The notes under the pieces are model-generated. The model saw only the letters and a program-made list of their open reading frames with translations. It was not told the DNA's origin and made no database searches. Source: Neoechinorhynchus agilis (taxonomy: Eukaryota > Animalia > Acanthocephala). From it: a stretch of 64,000 bases of DNA. A program made the translations under genes and the position numbers. Below, one piece after another: positions 47,131-58,839 of the stretch; positions within the stretch are counted from its first letter, which is position 1, and every line of letters begins with the position of its first letter. The DNA is taken from NCBI GenBank assembly GCA_051530055.1, contig CM121341.1:8534784-8598783 (forward strand), given 5' to 3'.

Positions 47131-48498
47131 ATGGGAAAAGAGAAGACTCACGTAAACATTGTCGTGATTGGACACGTTGATTCAGGGAAGTCCACTTCGA
47201 CTGGCCACATGATTTATCAATGCGGTGGAATCGATAAGCGAACGATTGAGAAGTTTGAGAAGGAGTCTGGTGATATGGGCAAAGGTTCATTCAAGTACGC
47301 GTGGGTTTTGGACAAACTAAAGTCCGAACGTGAGCGTGGCATCACGATCGACATCTCTCTGTGGAAGTTTGAAACTCAAAAGTTTTACATTACGATCATC
47401 GACGCTCCCGGGCATCGTGATTTCATCAAGAACATGATCACAGGCACGACTCAGGCCGATTGTGGGATTTTAGTGGTTGCTGCCGGGACCGGAGAGTTCG
47501 AGGCTGGTATCAGTGAAGACGGACAGACGAGAGAACACGCCTTACTCGCTTATACTTTGGGCGTAAAACAAATGATTGTTGCCGTCAACAAAATGGACAC
47601 CACTCAACCACCGTACAGTGAGTCCAGGTTCGACGAAATCACCAAGGAAGTGGCTAAAATGCTCAAAAAAGTCGGATACAATCCAACAAAAGTGCCGTTT
47701 ATTCCAATCTCCGGGTTTCAAGGGGACAACATGGTCACTTCTACCGAAAAGATGCCTTGGTATAAAGGTTGGTCGGCTGGTGATAAGAAAGGAAAAACTC
47801 TTCTAGAAGCTCTCGATGCCATTGAGCCACCATCTAGACCTACGGATAAACCACTCCGTCTTCCTCTTCAAGACGTCTATAAGATCGGTGGTGTAGGGAC
47901 GGTGCCTGTTGGTCGTGTGGAAACTGGCATTTTGAAGCCGGGAATGTTGGTCACTTTCGGACCCGTCAATCTGACCACCGAAGTGAAATCGGTCGAAATG
48001 CATCACGAACAGCTCCAAGAAGCTCTACCTGGTGATAATGTCGGATTTAACGTTAAAAACGTTTCCGTCAAAGACATTAGACGCGGATACGTGTGTGGTG
48101 AAGCCAAAGATCCACCAAAAGAAGCCGAATCTTTTACTGCTCAGGTGATCATTTTGAAGCATTCGAATATTAGCGCCGGATATTGCCCTGTTCTCGATTG
48201 TCATACTGCTCACATTGCTTGTAAGTTCATTGAACTTAAATCAAAGCTGGACCGAAGAACAGGAAAGGTAGTTGAAGAACAACCTAAGGTCATTAAGAGC
48301 GGTGATGCCGCCATTGTTGAACTTGCGCCCACTAAACCGATGGTCGTTGAGCCTTTTAATACTTTCCCTCCTTTGGGAAGATTCGCAGTTAGAGATATGA
48401 GACAGACGGTTGCTGTCGGTGTTGTTAAGGCCGTGAAGACCAAAGAAGTCGCAGGAAAGACAACCAAGGCCGCTGAGAAGGTTCAGAAGAAGAAGTGA
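47131..48498 (+). CDS. EEF1A: Elongation factor 1-alpha, intronless CDS
   Basis: [41 protein letters not shown] and [14 protein letters not shown] motifs. Confidence 0.99.
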   Translation: MGKEKTHVNIVVIGHVDSGKSTSTGHMIYQCGGIDKRTIEKFEKESGDMGKGSFKYAWVLDKLKSERERGITIDISLWKFETQKFYITIIDAPGHRDFIKNMITGTTQADCGILVVAAGTGEFEAGISEDGQTREHALLAYTLGVKQMIVAVNKMDTTQPPYSESRFDEITKEVAKMLKKVGYNPTKVPFIPISGFQGDNMVTSTEKMPWYKGWSAGDKKGKTLLEALDAIEPPSRPTDKPLRLPLQDVYKIGGVGTVPVGRVETGILKPGMLVTFGPVNLTTEVKSVEMHHEQLQEALPGDNVGFNVKNVSVKDIRRGYVCGEAKDPPKEAESFTAQVIILKHSNISAGYCPVLDCHTAHIACKFIELKSKLDRRTGKVVEEQPKVIKSGDAAIVELAPTKPMVVEPFNTFPPLGRFAVRDMRQTVAVGVVKAVKTKEVAGKTTKAAEKVQKKK

Positions 48499-49125
48499 GG
48501 ATGATCGTTTGAGAGAAGGAAACAACAATAAAAGATATTGACTTTATGGCGAGGGGTGTTTAGCATACCAACGATGACGACAATGATGATGATGAACGTT
48601 TAGTGTCTGAACTCAAAATGATTGATTCTGAACATGCACCTCCAACTGAGTCGTCGTCGTCGTAGGTTTCTTTAAAATTTAAAGGAGTTTTTTGTTTCAC
48701 AACACACAAAGGACGTAGAACTTATTGATTCGATCGGAAAACGTCGCCCATATTCGCGATCCAAGATACGATTTGAATAAGAACACCAGCAATGAAAATT
48801 ACTACGACCACTTGGTGGTAATATTTGTCGCGATCAAATTCGCATTTGAAAAACATTTTCCAAACGGAAGAGTGGCTCTGTTTTCTCGTCGTTCTCGTCA
48901 CTAGGAAACGCAGTCCGGGCTTTTTTAAACAGAAAATATATAAATTCCATCAATTTTCCGCCTTCTCGTTAAACAAAATTCAAACTTAAATTGTTGTTTA
49001 GGTCGTTTTTGAAAGCCCGAGAGATCGCGGCAGACGAATTTGTACATTTCGACTGATTGAATCAGAGTCATTATTGTACATTACACCAGAACTCATATTT
49101 GGTTGAAAAGATAATTCATTGTTAT

Positions 49126-49324
49126 TTGTCGATAGGAGAGATAAATGAAATTAAGAGTTTATTGGATCCACTATCTCGGATCTTCTTCAGCGATTGTAAA
49201 TTAATCTAATGGACTGGATCCGTCCTAGTCGATTAGATTAATTTACAATCGCTGAAGAAGATCCGAGATAGTGGATCGAAATATCCAATAAGCTCTTAAT
49301 TTCATTTATCTCTCCTATCGACAA
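49126..49324. repeat. Long near-perfect palindrome (~85-bp arms, 21-nt loop)
   Basis: 49126-49210 is the reverse complement of 49232-49324 apart from an 8-nt insertion and a few mismatches. Confidence 0.9.
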
Positions 49325-49526
49325 AAAACTCATATTTTCTAATTTATTTTCAATAAAATTCCTTCTTAAAAATATGATTAATTCTATTGCGCCCACACCA
49401 GAGTTGTTTTTTGTGCAAGTCTAATTATTTTCAGATTTACATTTTATAATTTCCTAAATTCTCGCAATATCACGATTTTCTAAAATTAATAATCAATGTT
49501 TGTTTTTAAAGAATCATTTCTGTTAT

Positions 49527-49716
49527 TGTTTAGGTCGTTTGTCTTTACCCGAGGGAGATCGCGTTAAAAACGAATGTATACGTTTCTACTGATTGAATCG
49601 GTTTCCCACCACCTGACTGCAATGCTCAACAGAATCATTTCTAATCTAAAACCAGCGAGTTATCCCGGGATGATAGTCAAGTCCGAATCGTCCCTTCATA
49701 AGCGACCTAAATAGCA
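49527..49716. mobile_element. MITE-like element with TTTAGGTCG / CGACCTAAA termini
   Basis: Same terminal motif at ~48995, 51521 and 51948; the internal segment matches 24137-24210 and 30050-30120 in reverse complement. Confidence 0.55.
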
Positions 49717-49922
49717 AACCACTCGACCGAATGCAATCCTTTCAATATAGAAGGAGAACTGCATTTTTCGATTAGTCAACTTGAATTTTCTTCTTCGTTT
49801 TTTTATGGAGATGAGGAGGGCGATGAGTTGGTCATTATAAAAATAGGGGGACTTCTTTAGGTCGCAAAACTCGATTTGAAGTTAATATGGAAAAAGTTTC
49901 TATTGCAATTCTAAGAAAAATT

Positions 49923-50282
49923 CTAATAATCAGTGATGTCTTTGTCGTCGATTGGAGTGTCTTTAAAATGTTTGTAGATTTTGAAAGCGGATCCAGCCAT
50001 TAGTATGGCGATCAGTCCGCCTTGGGTTATTACTCGAGTCCGCATCCAAAAATAAGAACGATTCGTCACCTCGTGTTTCGCTCGGTTTATGTTATAACCG
50101 AGAAGTCCCATGGCCATTACGACTCCTTAGAAGAAAGCGAAGAGCGTTAAATTATCATCATCAAAACAAATACCTATCGGAATCAGAGGATTTGTTTCGA
50201 TTCGGCGGAGAAGTCGTGATTTGTGTATTAAATTGCGCTCTTCTTCGAGTGACGTCACACTCGGAGGCGGCGATTGTGTCAT
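49923..50282 (-). CDS. HIG1 domain (HIGD/Rcf1-like) mitochondrial protein; exons 50282-50174 and 50125-49923
   Basis: NPLIPIG|VVMAMGLL and WMRTRVITQG motifs; 48-nt canonical GT-AG intron; ATG 3 nt after TTTCAG. Confidence 0.85.
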
Positions 50283-50769
50283 TGTCTGAAAAAAAGGACA
50301 TGTGGCGACATTCTAATGACGTCAACATTGTGCATTTTTGTTCACTATGAAGAGCGTCAATTTGTGTGAAGCACGGAAGAATCGTTAGTCCAGACACCAT
50401 CATAATCCCGGATTTGTTTTGAAAAGGTTGGCACTTTCAAGTCGATCTTTCGCCCCAACTTAAGAATTGTCCCGGCTTTTTGTGTTTTTGCGTGAAATAA
50501 TTCCTGTTTTAAACGGAAACGAAGATTTTTTTGTCATTGTGGATTCTGATGTTTGTGACATTTAAGAAAAGCGTCAAAATTGGCAAGTAACGTTGGAGCT
50601 GTACTTTGCAAAGTTCGATTAGTGATGCTCTCACGTTACGCCCTAAAAGATGCTTCCTTCTCAATGTGTGACGTCATTAATATGTGATTCTTTCGTATTG
50701 CATTTCTTAAGGTTACACGATTCTTCCGTATTCGCGCGTGGAGACACACAAATGACGTCATTGATCTAT

Positions 50770-51480
50770 TTAAAGAACATGTTTTGCTAGCGCATTTTCC
50801 GCATACTTCCAGTTGACGATATTAAAGATGTCATTGACGTAATTGGCTCTATTGTTTTGATATTGTAGATAGTAAGCGTGTTCCCAAACGTCAATGGTGA
50901 GAAGTGGGACTTTATGTGTAGGGAGGATATCTTGATTTTGGGTTGTGGTCAATTCGAGTGCTTTGGATTGATCATTAAAGACGAGCCATCCCCATCCTGA
51001 TCCTTGAACAGCTACACTTTGAGCAGACATTCGTTTGATGAGTTCATCTAGAGAACAGAATTGATTTTTGATAAGTTCCAATAGTTTCCCGGATGGAGAT
51101 GGGCCTCCTTGAGGACATAACATTTCCCAATAGAGGCTATGGTTAAGGTGTCCGCCTGCGTTGAACCTAACCACGTCCGACAGACGACCAACGGTTCCGA
51201 AATCACCTATAGATTTGCGGGTTTCGTTTTTAGACATCAATGACACTTCAAAACCTTTTAATTGAGCATCTTCCACGCCTTCAATCGCGGCATTTAGATT
51301 GTTTACGTACGTTTGGTGATGTTTGCCCCAGTGGAAATCGAGGGTTTTTGCACTGATGTAAGGCTCGAGTTCGTGTTTGTCGTACGAAAGGTCGGGAAGA
51401 GTGTACTTTGAACGAATCGTCACCAATCTCCTAAATCATTATTCTATGGGAGTTCAGGTTGTTGTGGCCTTTTTTTACAT
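50770..51480 (-). CDS. SOD2: Mitochondrial Mn superoxide dismutase; exons 51480-51477 and 51434-50770
   Basis: HWGKHHQTYVNNLN, FNAGGHLNHSLYW and DVWEHAYYLQY motifs; removing a 42-nt AA-AT intron gives the presequence-like MFRRLVTIRSKYTLP. Confidence 0.95.
51435..51476 (-). other. 42-nt non-canonical intron T|AA...AT|
   Basis: The only in-frame ATG after the TTTCAG acceptor (51497-51492) is followed by TAA unless this segment is removed. Confidence 0.65.
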
Positions 51481-51516
51481 TTATTTTTTTCCTGAAATCA
51501 ACAAAAATCACACTAT

Positions 51517-51960
51517 GTTGTTGTTTAGGTCGCTCATGTCGAGAAGACGAATTTTTGTATATTTCGAGAATAAAACACTTTGACAGTTGAAGCAAGAATT
51601 TTTTTTATCCGATTGATTTCGGCAAATCACAATCTCGTGCAAGAACTTTCAAGCGCAACCTCGTCGAAATCAATCGGATTTAAAAATAATTCTTGTTGTA
51701 TATTTCGAGAATAAAACACTTTGACAGTTGAAACGTAAATGTAATCCTCAATCTTAAGAAATTAAACAAGAATTGTTTTGATCGCGTTGAAGACGAATTT
51801 TTGTAACTTTTTACCCATCAAAATCGGGATAATCTTAAGGGCGATCGCAGCTGCTCTTTAAATGAAAATCATTGATATTAAAAAAAAGAATTGGCATTTT
51901 TAAATGGCAAAAAAGATATTCTTACTAAACGAACTCTCTCGAGGTAAGCGACCTAAACAA
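51517..51960. mobile_element. MITE-like element between the divergent SOD2 and IST1 genes
   Basis: TIRs TTGTTTAGGTCGCT / AGCGACCTAAACAA; direct repeat AACAAAAATCACACTAT at 51500-51516 and 51956-51972; internal hairpin. Confidence 0.6.
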
Positions 51961-52223
51961 AAATCACACTATTTATTAAAAAGGAAAATTTCGTTTTTTT
52001 TTCAATAGTACACAACCTATCCAAATTGAAGCGAAATAGCCATCGAATTGATCCAATTGGAATCATCTTAAAGTTATGAGAAAGGAATGTTGTCATTTTT
52101 TATGAATGGTCAGATCGGCGGTTCGAGAGTAACATTTGAGAAATCGCGATTTTTAACGAAAAAGAATATGTTTTTTCGGTTTCCTTCTATCGTCTCGTTT
52201 TTCCCATTTCAGACTTGCTAATA

Positions 52224-53445
52224 ATGAGTGCCAATCGGCTCAAAACGAATTTAAAACTAACGGCTCAGCGTCTTAGGTTGCTTGAGCGAAAAAAGACCGA
52301 AAATGGACTAAAAGCGAGACACGAGATTGCGGAGTATTTGAAGACGGGGAAAGTCGATCGGGCTCGTATCCGAGTTGAACACATTATCCGTGAGGATTAT
52401 TGCGTTGAGGCAATGGAAATCCTTGAGATATTCTGCGAAACTCTGCTTACCCGATTTGACGTTTTTCTGTCAACTAAAGACGCAATCGGATCAGGATTAG
52501 AAGAGGTTTTGTCCAGTTTGCTTTGGGCGGCTTCAAGGATGGAATCTGAGGTTCCAGAACTTAAAAAAGTGCGCGAGGACCTTACTCGAATTCTCGGTAA
52601 AGTCTATGCAGAGCAATGTATAACTAACAATTTAAAACACAGATCGGTCGTGATTTCTTCCAAAAAAGCCGGGTCCTATATTTTTTGCCCATAAGAGGAG
52701 AAAAGTACGGAAGAATCGTCCAAAAGTATATTTTCGAGTGACGGAGATGGCGGCGAATCTTCTTTTATCGAAAACTTGATCAATAATACGGCCGGAAAAT
52801 GAAGTAGACTATTTCACTAAGTCCTTTGAATGATTTTTCTTGTTGTTGCGAGACACGACCGGTCCAATACACACGGTTTCCGAAAAACTGGTGGCTAAAA
52901 TGAACGTTGAGGCTGTATCCAGATTGCTGATTGAACAATATTTGGTCGAAATAGCCAAAAGTAATCATGTCAAATTCAGTCCCGATCCTGGCATTATGGC
53001 ACACGACAACCACTGGAATCTCGGAAAACGGTTTCTGATTGATTTCGAAGAAGCCAGCGCCCCTACGTCGTTATCGAACAGCGACGATGCCGACACTCTA
53101 TGTGATTTGAACAGAAATGAGTGCTCAAAACCAACAACAAAGGATGCTCAAGTTCAGACTTTAGCAGTTCGTCCACCTCCATCCGAGCAAGTGGATGTTA
53201 AATCCGATCCGAGTACTTACAACACCCTTTATCCAACAGCTCCCGTAGTGCCGAATTCGCAGTCGACGCCAACGCAGCATTTGGGATTCAGTGGAACAAA
53301 GTTTGACTTTCTAAAATCAGACCATTTGAGCCTTCCTTCGGTCCCAAATACACAACTACCACAGCAACCATTGTCTAATCGCGAACTGGGCTTGGATTTT
53401 GACGAACTTAATAAACGATTCGAGGAGCTTAGGAAAAGACGATAA
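52224..53445 (+). CDS. IST1: IST1 ESCRT-III-associated factor; exons 52224-52633 and 52869-53445
   Basis: RARIRVEHIIREDY..EAMEILE, LIEQYLVEIAK and C-terminal MIM1 LDFDELNKRFEELRKRR motifs. Confidence 0.92.
52634..52868 (+). other. 235-nt non-canonical intron T|AA...AT| with subterminal inverted repeats
   Basis: Gives TNNLHTVSEKL, colinear with vertebrate TNQIGTVNDRL; GATCGGTCGTG (52642-52652) / CACGACCGGTC (52854-52864). Confidence 0.75.
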
Positions 53446-53802
53446 ACTGTTTTAACTTTTACTATAATATTCTAGTCTGAGCGTTTCTGTAACGGAAAGT
53501 AGCCAGGAGTAATCTAAAAAAACTAGTCTCAAACGATACTTTAAAACTACGTTTTTTAAAAAATGATTCGAATCAAAACAAAAAGAAGAGAATTGGAGAG
53601 GTTATGGTGATTATAATTCTAGTCGCCAACCTTTTTAGATGACTTGTGAAAAATACGTGAGATGATCATAATCTAACCCCTCTCCCTGCATAAAACGTAG
53701 TAGATTTAAATATATCGAAAAAGTTGAACTCCAAAAATTACTTTCTGATACAACTTTGGTTCCGAAACCAATCCGAATCAATAAATTCTTTTATTTTTTA
53801 TC

Positions 53803-54150
53803 AGCAACAGGAGGTTTGTGGTGCAGTCCCCAGGGGGAGCGGCAACTGCCGCGGAGGACCACAAGGTGGCGAAATATAAAGAATTAAGTAGGTTTCACGT
53901 TTTTGTACCCTTTGGAGTGGAGACTCGGGGTGCGCTCGGAAGAAGGAGTTATGCAGAGTAGACTCCAGGCCAAGACAGGGAACACAAGAGCTGGTGCCTT
54001 CCTGCGCCAAAACATTGTGTGGTCGCGATCCAAAGAGGAAACGCAGCGAGTGTGGTCGCGATCACTGAGGGAAGCTCTTCTTCGTGGACGGTGGTGATTG
54101 TTGAAACGTTTTGTTGTTGTGTGTGTAAATGAAAGAGTTGCTTTCAAAAA
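53803..54150 (+). mobile_element. 5'-truncated CRE-like copy
   Basis: Near-identical to ~1678-2048 with small deletions; same A-run 3' end. Confidence 0.9.
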
Positions 54151-55166
54151 AATTTAAAAAATCTTCAAACAAAAAAATGACTACGAGCTTCAATCACAGA
54201 AAACTCTCGACGTGAAAAATCGGAACAAAACTACGACTCAATATTTTTATTCTGGGAGTGATTATGATTAGAACAATTCAAAAAAGAACATATTTGTTCG
54301 GTCATATTACTTGGTTATGAAAATTTAGAAGGTTTCAATCCTCAATTTTTTCCTTTGAGCAAATAGACGACCAATAAAGTTGCGGATGGATTTTCTTCGA
54401 AATCAATTAAGTCGTCTGAGAAACAGGATACTGGGGTTTTGTTCTTCGTTACCCAGATTCTCTTTGAATCGCATTTTTAAATAAACGACGTAAAAGGGTC
54501 CTTATAAAAACTATATTTGTACATTTTAAGGTGAATTCGTGACATTTGGCTTTTGATCCTAAAAGTAAAGGCAAAGGCTTTTTCCGTACGGTTTCTTCGT
54601 CTGGCTGTTCGATCATTGACCTTTTTAATCTAGTAGATGTCGGTGATTTCGACTATCTTTAGAAACAGTTACAATTCGTCGTGTTCTTAAGTATCGGAGG
54701 AATCCTGAAATATAAATAACCAAAGCCAGTTTTTAAAAATTCATAAACGAATAATCATTGATTTGCGTAGTGTAAGAAAAAGAACACAAAGGACTGCTTA
54801 TGCTTTCCTTACACGTTTATGGCTCTTTAAATGATAGCAAGCGTATAATTTTAGTGCAAAAATGAATCGAACAAAGCCAGGGAGCTCTTCTGGTACTATA
54901 TTAAAGTTTTATGGATGCCTTAAACCTAAGTTGATGCTGAGGGTTCTTTTAACAAAGAAAACCGATGTCTTATGTTTCTTTTTTGGTGTTTTCTTGAATA
55001 TCTTTTAAGTAAAACACGATATTAGGTTTTTTTGTTGAATGCTAACAATGCTCCCAATGAGACATAGCGAAAGTATTCCTAAAAAATCCTGCGCACAATT
55101 TCGTTGGTTAAAAAATAAGATTAACCGATGCCACTATGCTCAGTGAAAAAGACCACATTTTCAATC

Positions 55167-56195
55167 CTAAGGTTGAGCCTCGGTCAACGGATTATCAGTT
55201 TGTAAATCGACACGTTGTGACCTCTTGTGTAGAAAATATTTGTAAAGGCCTGAGACGACAACAACTGCCACGATTAAGCCTATTCCTGAGATTTTGAAAG
55301 CATCAAGTTCTAACTTTGTGGACGTAATCTTCGACTGAGCGAATCTGAGACCCACGATTGAGATTATGTTGACTGCTCCAAGGGCTCCGACTAATCCAGC
55401 ATCCTCTTTCTGGAGTGCTTTAATAAGACAAATCTGAGCGAACAGGTACGTGACGGGTGTAAGACAGATCCAGAACAGTATTTTGGTAAGTTTAACTTTG
55501 AAGCCGTTTTGAGTGATTTCAATGATTGAGATTACGAGAGCGAATAGGAAATTTATAGCCGTACAATAGAACAAAGGTACGGTGAATGGAATCCTTCTTG
55601 AGACATTTGATACGAGAACATTGTGTATTCCTAGAAACATCGCTGCCATCAAACTTAGAGCATATCCCGTGAACTTTGTTTTGTTGACCGGAGAGGACGT
55701 GTTTGAGTTTTGTGTTCCGAATATGAACGGAGGTTTCATAACGAAAAGAACGCCTAAAACCGCGAAAACGCAGCAGAGGATGTTCACAACTCCTAGAGCT
55801 TCTTTAAGGAATATTCGAGCCAAAATGAGAGTCCATACGGAGTAAGTGAAGAAGAGCGCTAGAGCTTCAGCAACTTCAACAAAATTGAAGCTGCCAGTGA
55901 GACAAAGACTCACGCAAGCGGCCGCCGTTCCTACAGCCAATAGAAATCCGATCATTCTCCAATCGGTGACTTCGTTTTGGTATCGTTGATTCGTTTTCTT
56001 TGCTGAGTACATTTGTTGGTGACCCACGAATGACCAAATGACAAGAACGATTATACAAATTCCGTATTGAAAGAAGGCGATGTGAGTGAAATACAAGTCC
56101 TCCTGTATCAGCGAAAACACGAACGAGTTCACTGAAAACAGAAAAGCTGATGCTATGGCGAACATGACACCAACGAAACGGCTCATAGCAAACAT
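55167..56195 (-). CDS. SLC35G-like / EamA (DMT) transporter, intronless
   Basis: ~10 hydrophobic helices; LFFTYSVWTLILARIFLKE and MKPPFIFG motifs; ATG 7 nt after CTTTAG. Confidence 0.85.
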   Translation of the reverse strand: MFAMSRFVGVMFAIASAFLFSVNSFVFSLIQEDLYFTHIAFFQYGICIIVLVIWSFVGHQQMYSAKKTNQRYQNEVTDWRMIGFLLAVGTAAACVSLCLTGSFNFVEVAEALALFFTYSVWTLILARIFLKEALGVVNILCCVFAVLGVLFVMKPPFIFGTQNSNTSSPVNKTKFTGYALSLMAAMFLGIHNVLVSNVSRRIPFTVPLFYCTAINFLFALVISIIEITQNGFKVKLTKILFWICLTPVTYLFAQICLIKALQKEDAGLVGALGAVNIISIVGLRFAQSKITSTKLELDAFKISGIGLIVAVVVVSGLYKYFLHKRSQRVDLQTDNPLTEAQP

Positions 56196-56368
56196 CTTAA
56201 ATCTAAAGATTTGCTAATGATATTAACGTAAATCACGTCGGACGGGGATAACGACAAAGGGCAACTATATAACCATTAGAGATACGAATAAACAATGCAG
56301 CACGAAAGTGTTAAAGCTTCTCAGAAAGGCTTCGTTAAAGCCGCAGTCTCTTTTCTTGTAAAAAAAAT

Positions 56369-56791
56369 TTGATAAGTGAAACAGAACCCACTAATCTTTG
56401 TAGATTAGATGGAAGACGCCCTGATGGCCTGACCGTTTTTCCTTGGCGGGAGGGAAGATGTTTACGTGTGTGGACACGTTGGCAAACTCCAACATCAGAC
56501 ACTCGAAAAAAGGTCCAGAAGGAGCGGCGACGGCGGCAGAGGATCGGAAATGCTCAAAAAATTACCATTTTGTCCTCTTCGGTGTGGAAACGTACCTTGG
56601 GAGGGTCGGCACTGGCCCTCCTGAAGGACTTGGGGAAACGAATCAATGCGGCGACTGGAGAGCCAAGATCGACTTCGTTCTTGGCGCAAAAAATAAGCAT
56701 TGCGGTGCAGCGGGGCATTGCGGCTAGCATTTTGGCCAGCGCCGATGAATCGCAGCGTCGAAGAAACTATAAATTATGTATGCTTGCTTAA
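56369..56791 (+). mobile_element. CRE-like 3' RLE fragment of a different subfamily
   Basis: [27 protein letters not shown] and FLAQKISIAVQRGIAASIL motifs. Confidence 0.8.
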
Positions 56792-58839
56792 AAATTATGT
56801 CTTAAAAAAAGTGAAACGATTTGTTTATGTCGGCACTTCGGTCGGATTTAACCAAAGAAACCTTTAATTTTTGTGTCGAAGGATAAAACGCATGAGAATA
56901 ATAAAGATCAATCAGAATCGTATTTGAGAAAACTGGAGATAGCTCACCTTGAAGAATAGAAAATTTCAGAAAACCAAATTCGAATTTCAAACTAGGCGAA
57001 AAGATCTCATGACTAAAACGAACCGTGGAGAGTCTTTATAGAAGAAATGTGGCCGAAACAATAGATCTCACCTTTCATCCGTCGAGAGCTCTACTGACAT
57101 TTTCCGACAGCTTTGGCGAAGGGGACTTTGTCTCACAAGTGACATAAATGCGCCTAACACGCTCATGAATATACTGATAAATTTCTCTAAGATAACGAAA
57201 AGGTATCCGTCTTTTTTTTAATTTTACTAAGAGATGACTTTTGGAATGGTTTCTAAAAAAAAGGTGATTTACGATGGTATTAGAAATCAATGCAAATACA
57301 TTGTTCCCGATCAAAATCCAACAAGTGGCATGTAATAGCAAACAAAAAAAACCACAAAGGTGATGCAAAAATGAATTTTATTTTAAAAATTGCTACGTAA
57401 GTGAAAGAGCAAAAAAAAAGGAATTTCCGGAGCCGTCGAATTTTTGGAATAAAGACGATCTAACAGAACCGTTTGAGCCTCATTTTGCGCCTACTAGCGC
57501 AAATACGTCCAATTGAGACTTATATTCGTAAAAATCTTACGGTCCATATCGGAAACACAAAGTCTGCAGCCATTTATATCTACTGACAGCTTGTCAATCC
57601 TTACCTCCCCGTTCCAAGAAATGCGTTGTCCTATCGTCCTGAGAGCAAACAGACTGACATTGTATCATTCCGATTATCTGTAAATGGTTTTGTTTGCGCT
57701 AAGCTCACGTGGACCCTAATGGCCAATTCCAAAACGCTGACATTTCTTATTAATACGCCAACTGCGCCCTCTCATCAAGGTAGAAATATTCAACCGAGTG
57801 TTTTCGATCTTATCAATCTATCGCAAACCTCGCATTAAAACCTTCAGCACCTTATCGCAAAACTTTGTTCTTTTTCCGATTCAGAAATCGCTATAGAAAA
57901 GCCTTTAAATCTTGGGGTTAATACCGCAAAGGCAAATTTTTAAATCAAAATAATCGCACTTGCGACTAACAGCTGAAAACACAATTAAAATTTTAGTATT
58001 TCCTTTTTCAGTGTATAGTTAGCAGATCTTTCAATTTTAACGTTTGGCGATGAAACGAAAACATCGTTCAAAATGTCCAGAGCAGTTCAAAAGAAGTTTC
58101 AATTTCCTACATTTGAGCATTAAATTAAAACCCTGAATACAACGAAGCGGCTCGAAATTGAGACAATTCCATTATCTTTTACGCACTCATAGAGTTTTAT
58201 GCTTCAATATGTCTTAGGGGCCCCTTTTTGAATTGAGACTGAATCTGCTGAGCATTAGTCTTCTTTGTAACCTGAAAAAGCTTGTTTTTTCTGGCTGAAT
58301 AACGAGTAATATTGTATCAGTCAGTATGAAAATGTATAATCGATAAACAAAAGCGGGTTTTGACCTTAAAAATATCGTGATATGTAGAAAGTCTTCTTAA
58401 AATCAACAAGCTTACATCTCCAGCTTAATTGATACTTTGAAGTCGCAAGAAGCCACTGTTTTTTTACATTGGTATTCGATAAATTTCAAGGCCGTTCGGT
58501 TATCAATAATTTTATATGGATATGAATCACATTTTGAGAAATTTAACGTTTCGAGGGAATGTAATCGGTACTAATAATGTCGATATGTGCGAAGGCACCG
58601 GTGAATGTGACTGGAATGATTGTTTAGAAGTCTTCATTCGCGGTAAATGATTTCTTTTCGATTAAAGACGTTCTGCGAACCTCGTCGGGTTCATCATCAG
58701 TTCTAAAATACAAGTGGATGAGTTATTATTCCGCTCTCACATGCACTTATGGTTAATTGTGTTGTTTCATTTTGTTAGCTATGAAGGCAAAGTTGTAACC
58801 TCGTTAGACGAAGGCTTCCTTAATTAAGAACGTCGAAAG

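Noticed and set aside
47131-48498. Nuclear AGA/AGG-to-Gly codon reassignment suggested by the UCU tRNA
   Set aside because: EF1A uses AGA/AGG at invariant Arg positions (GQTR at 47530-47532, PSRP, DIRRG, and three AGA codons in [11 protein letters not shown]).
47576-48528. Antisense and alternate-frame ORFs over EF1A, and similar ones over SRRT, SLC35G and the TEs
   Set aside because: Shadow ORFs of real coding sequence with no independent features.
52634-52868. U12-type AT-AC introns
   Set aside because: None of the candidate introns has the ATATCC/GTATCC 5' consensus or a TCCTTAAC branch site.
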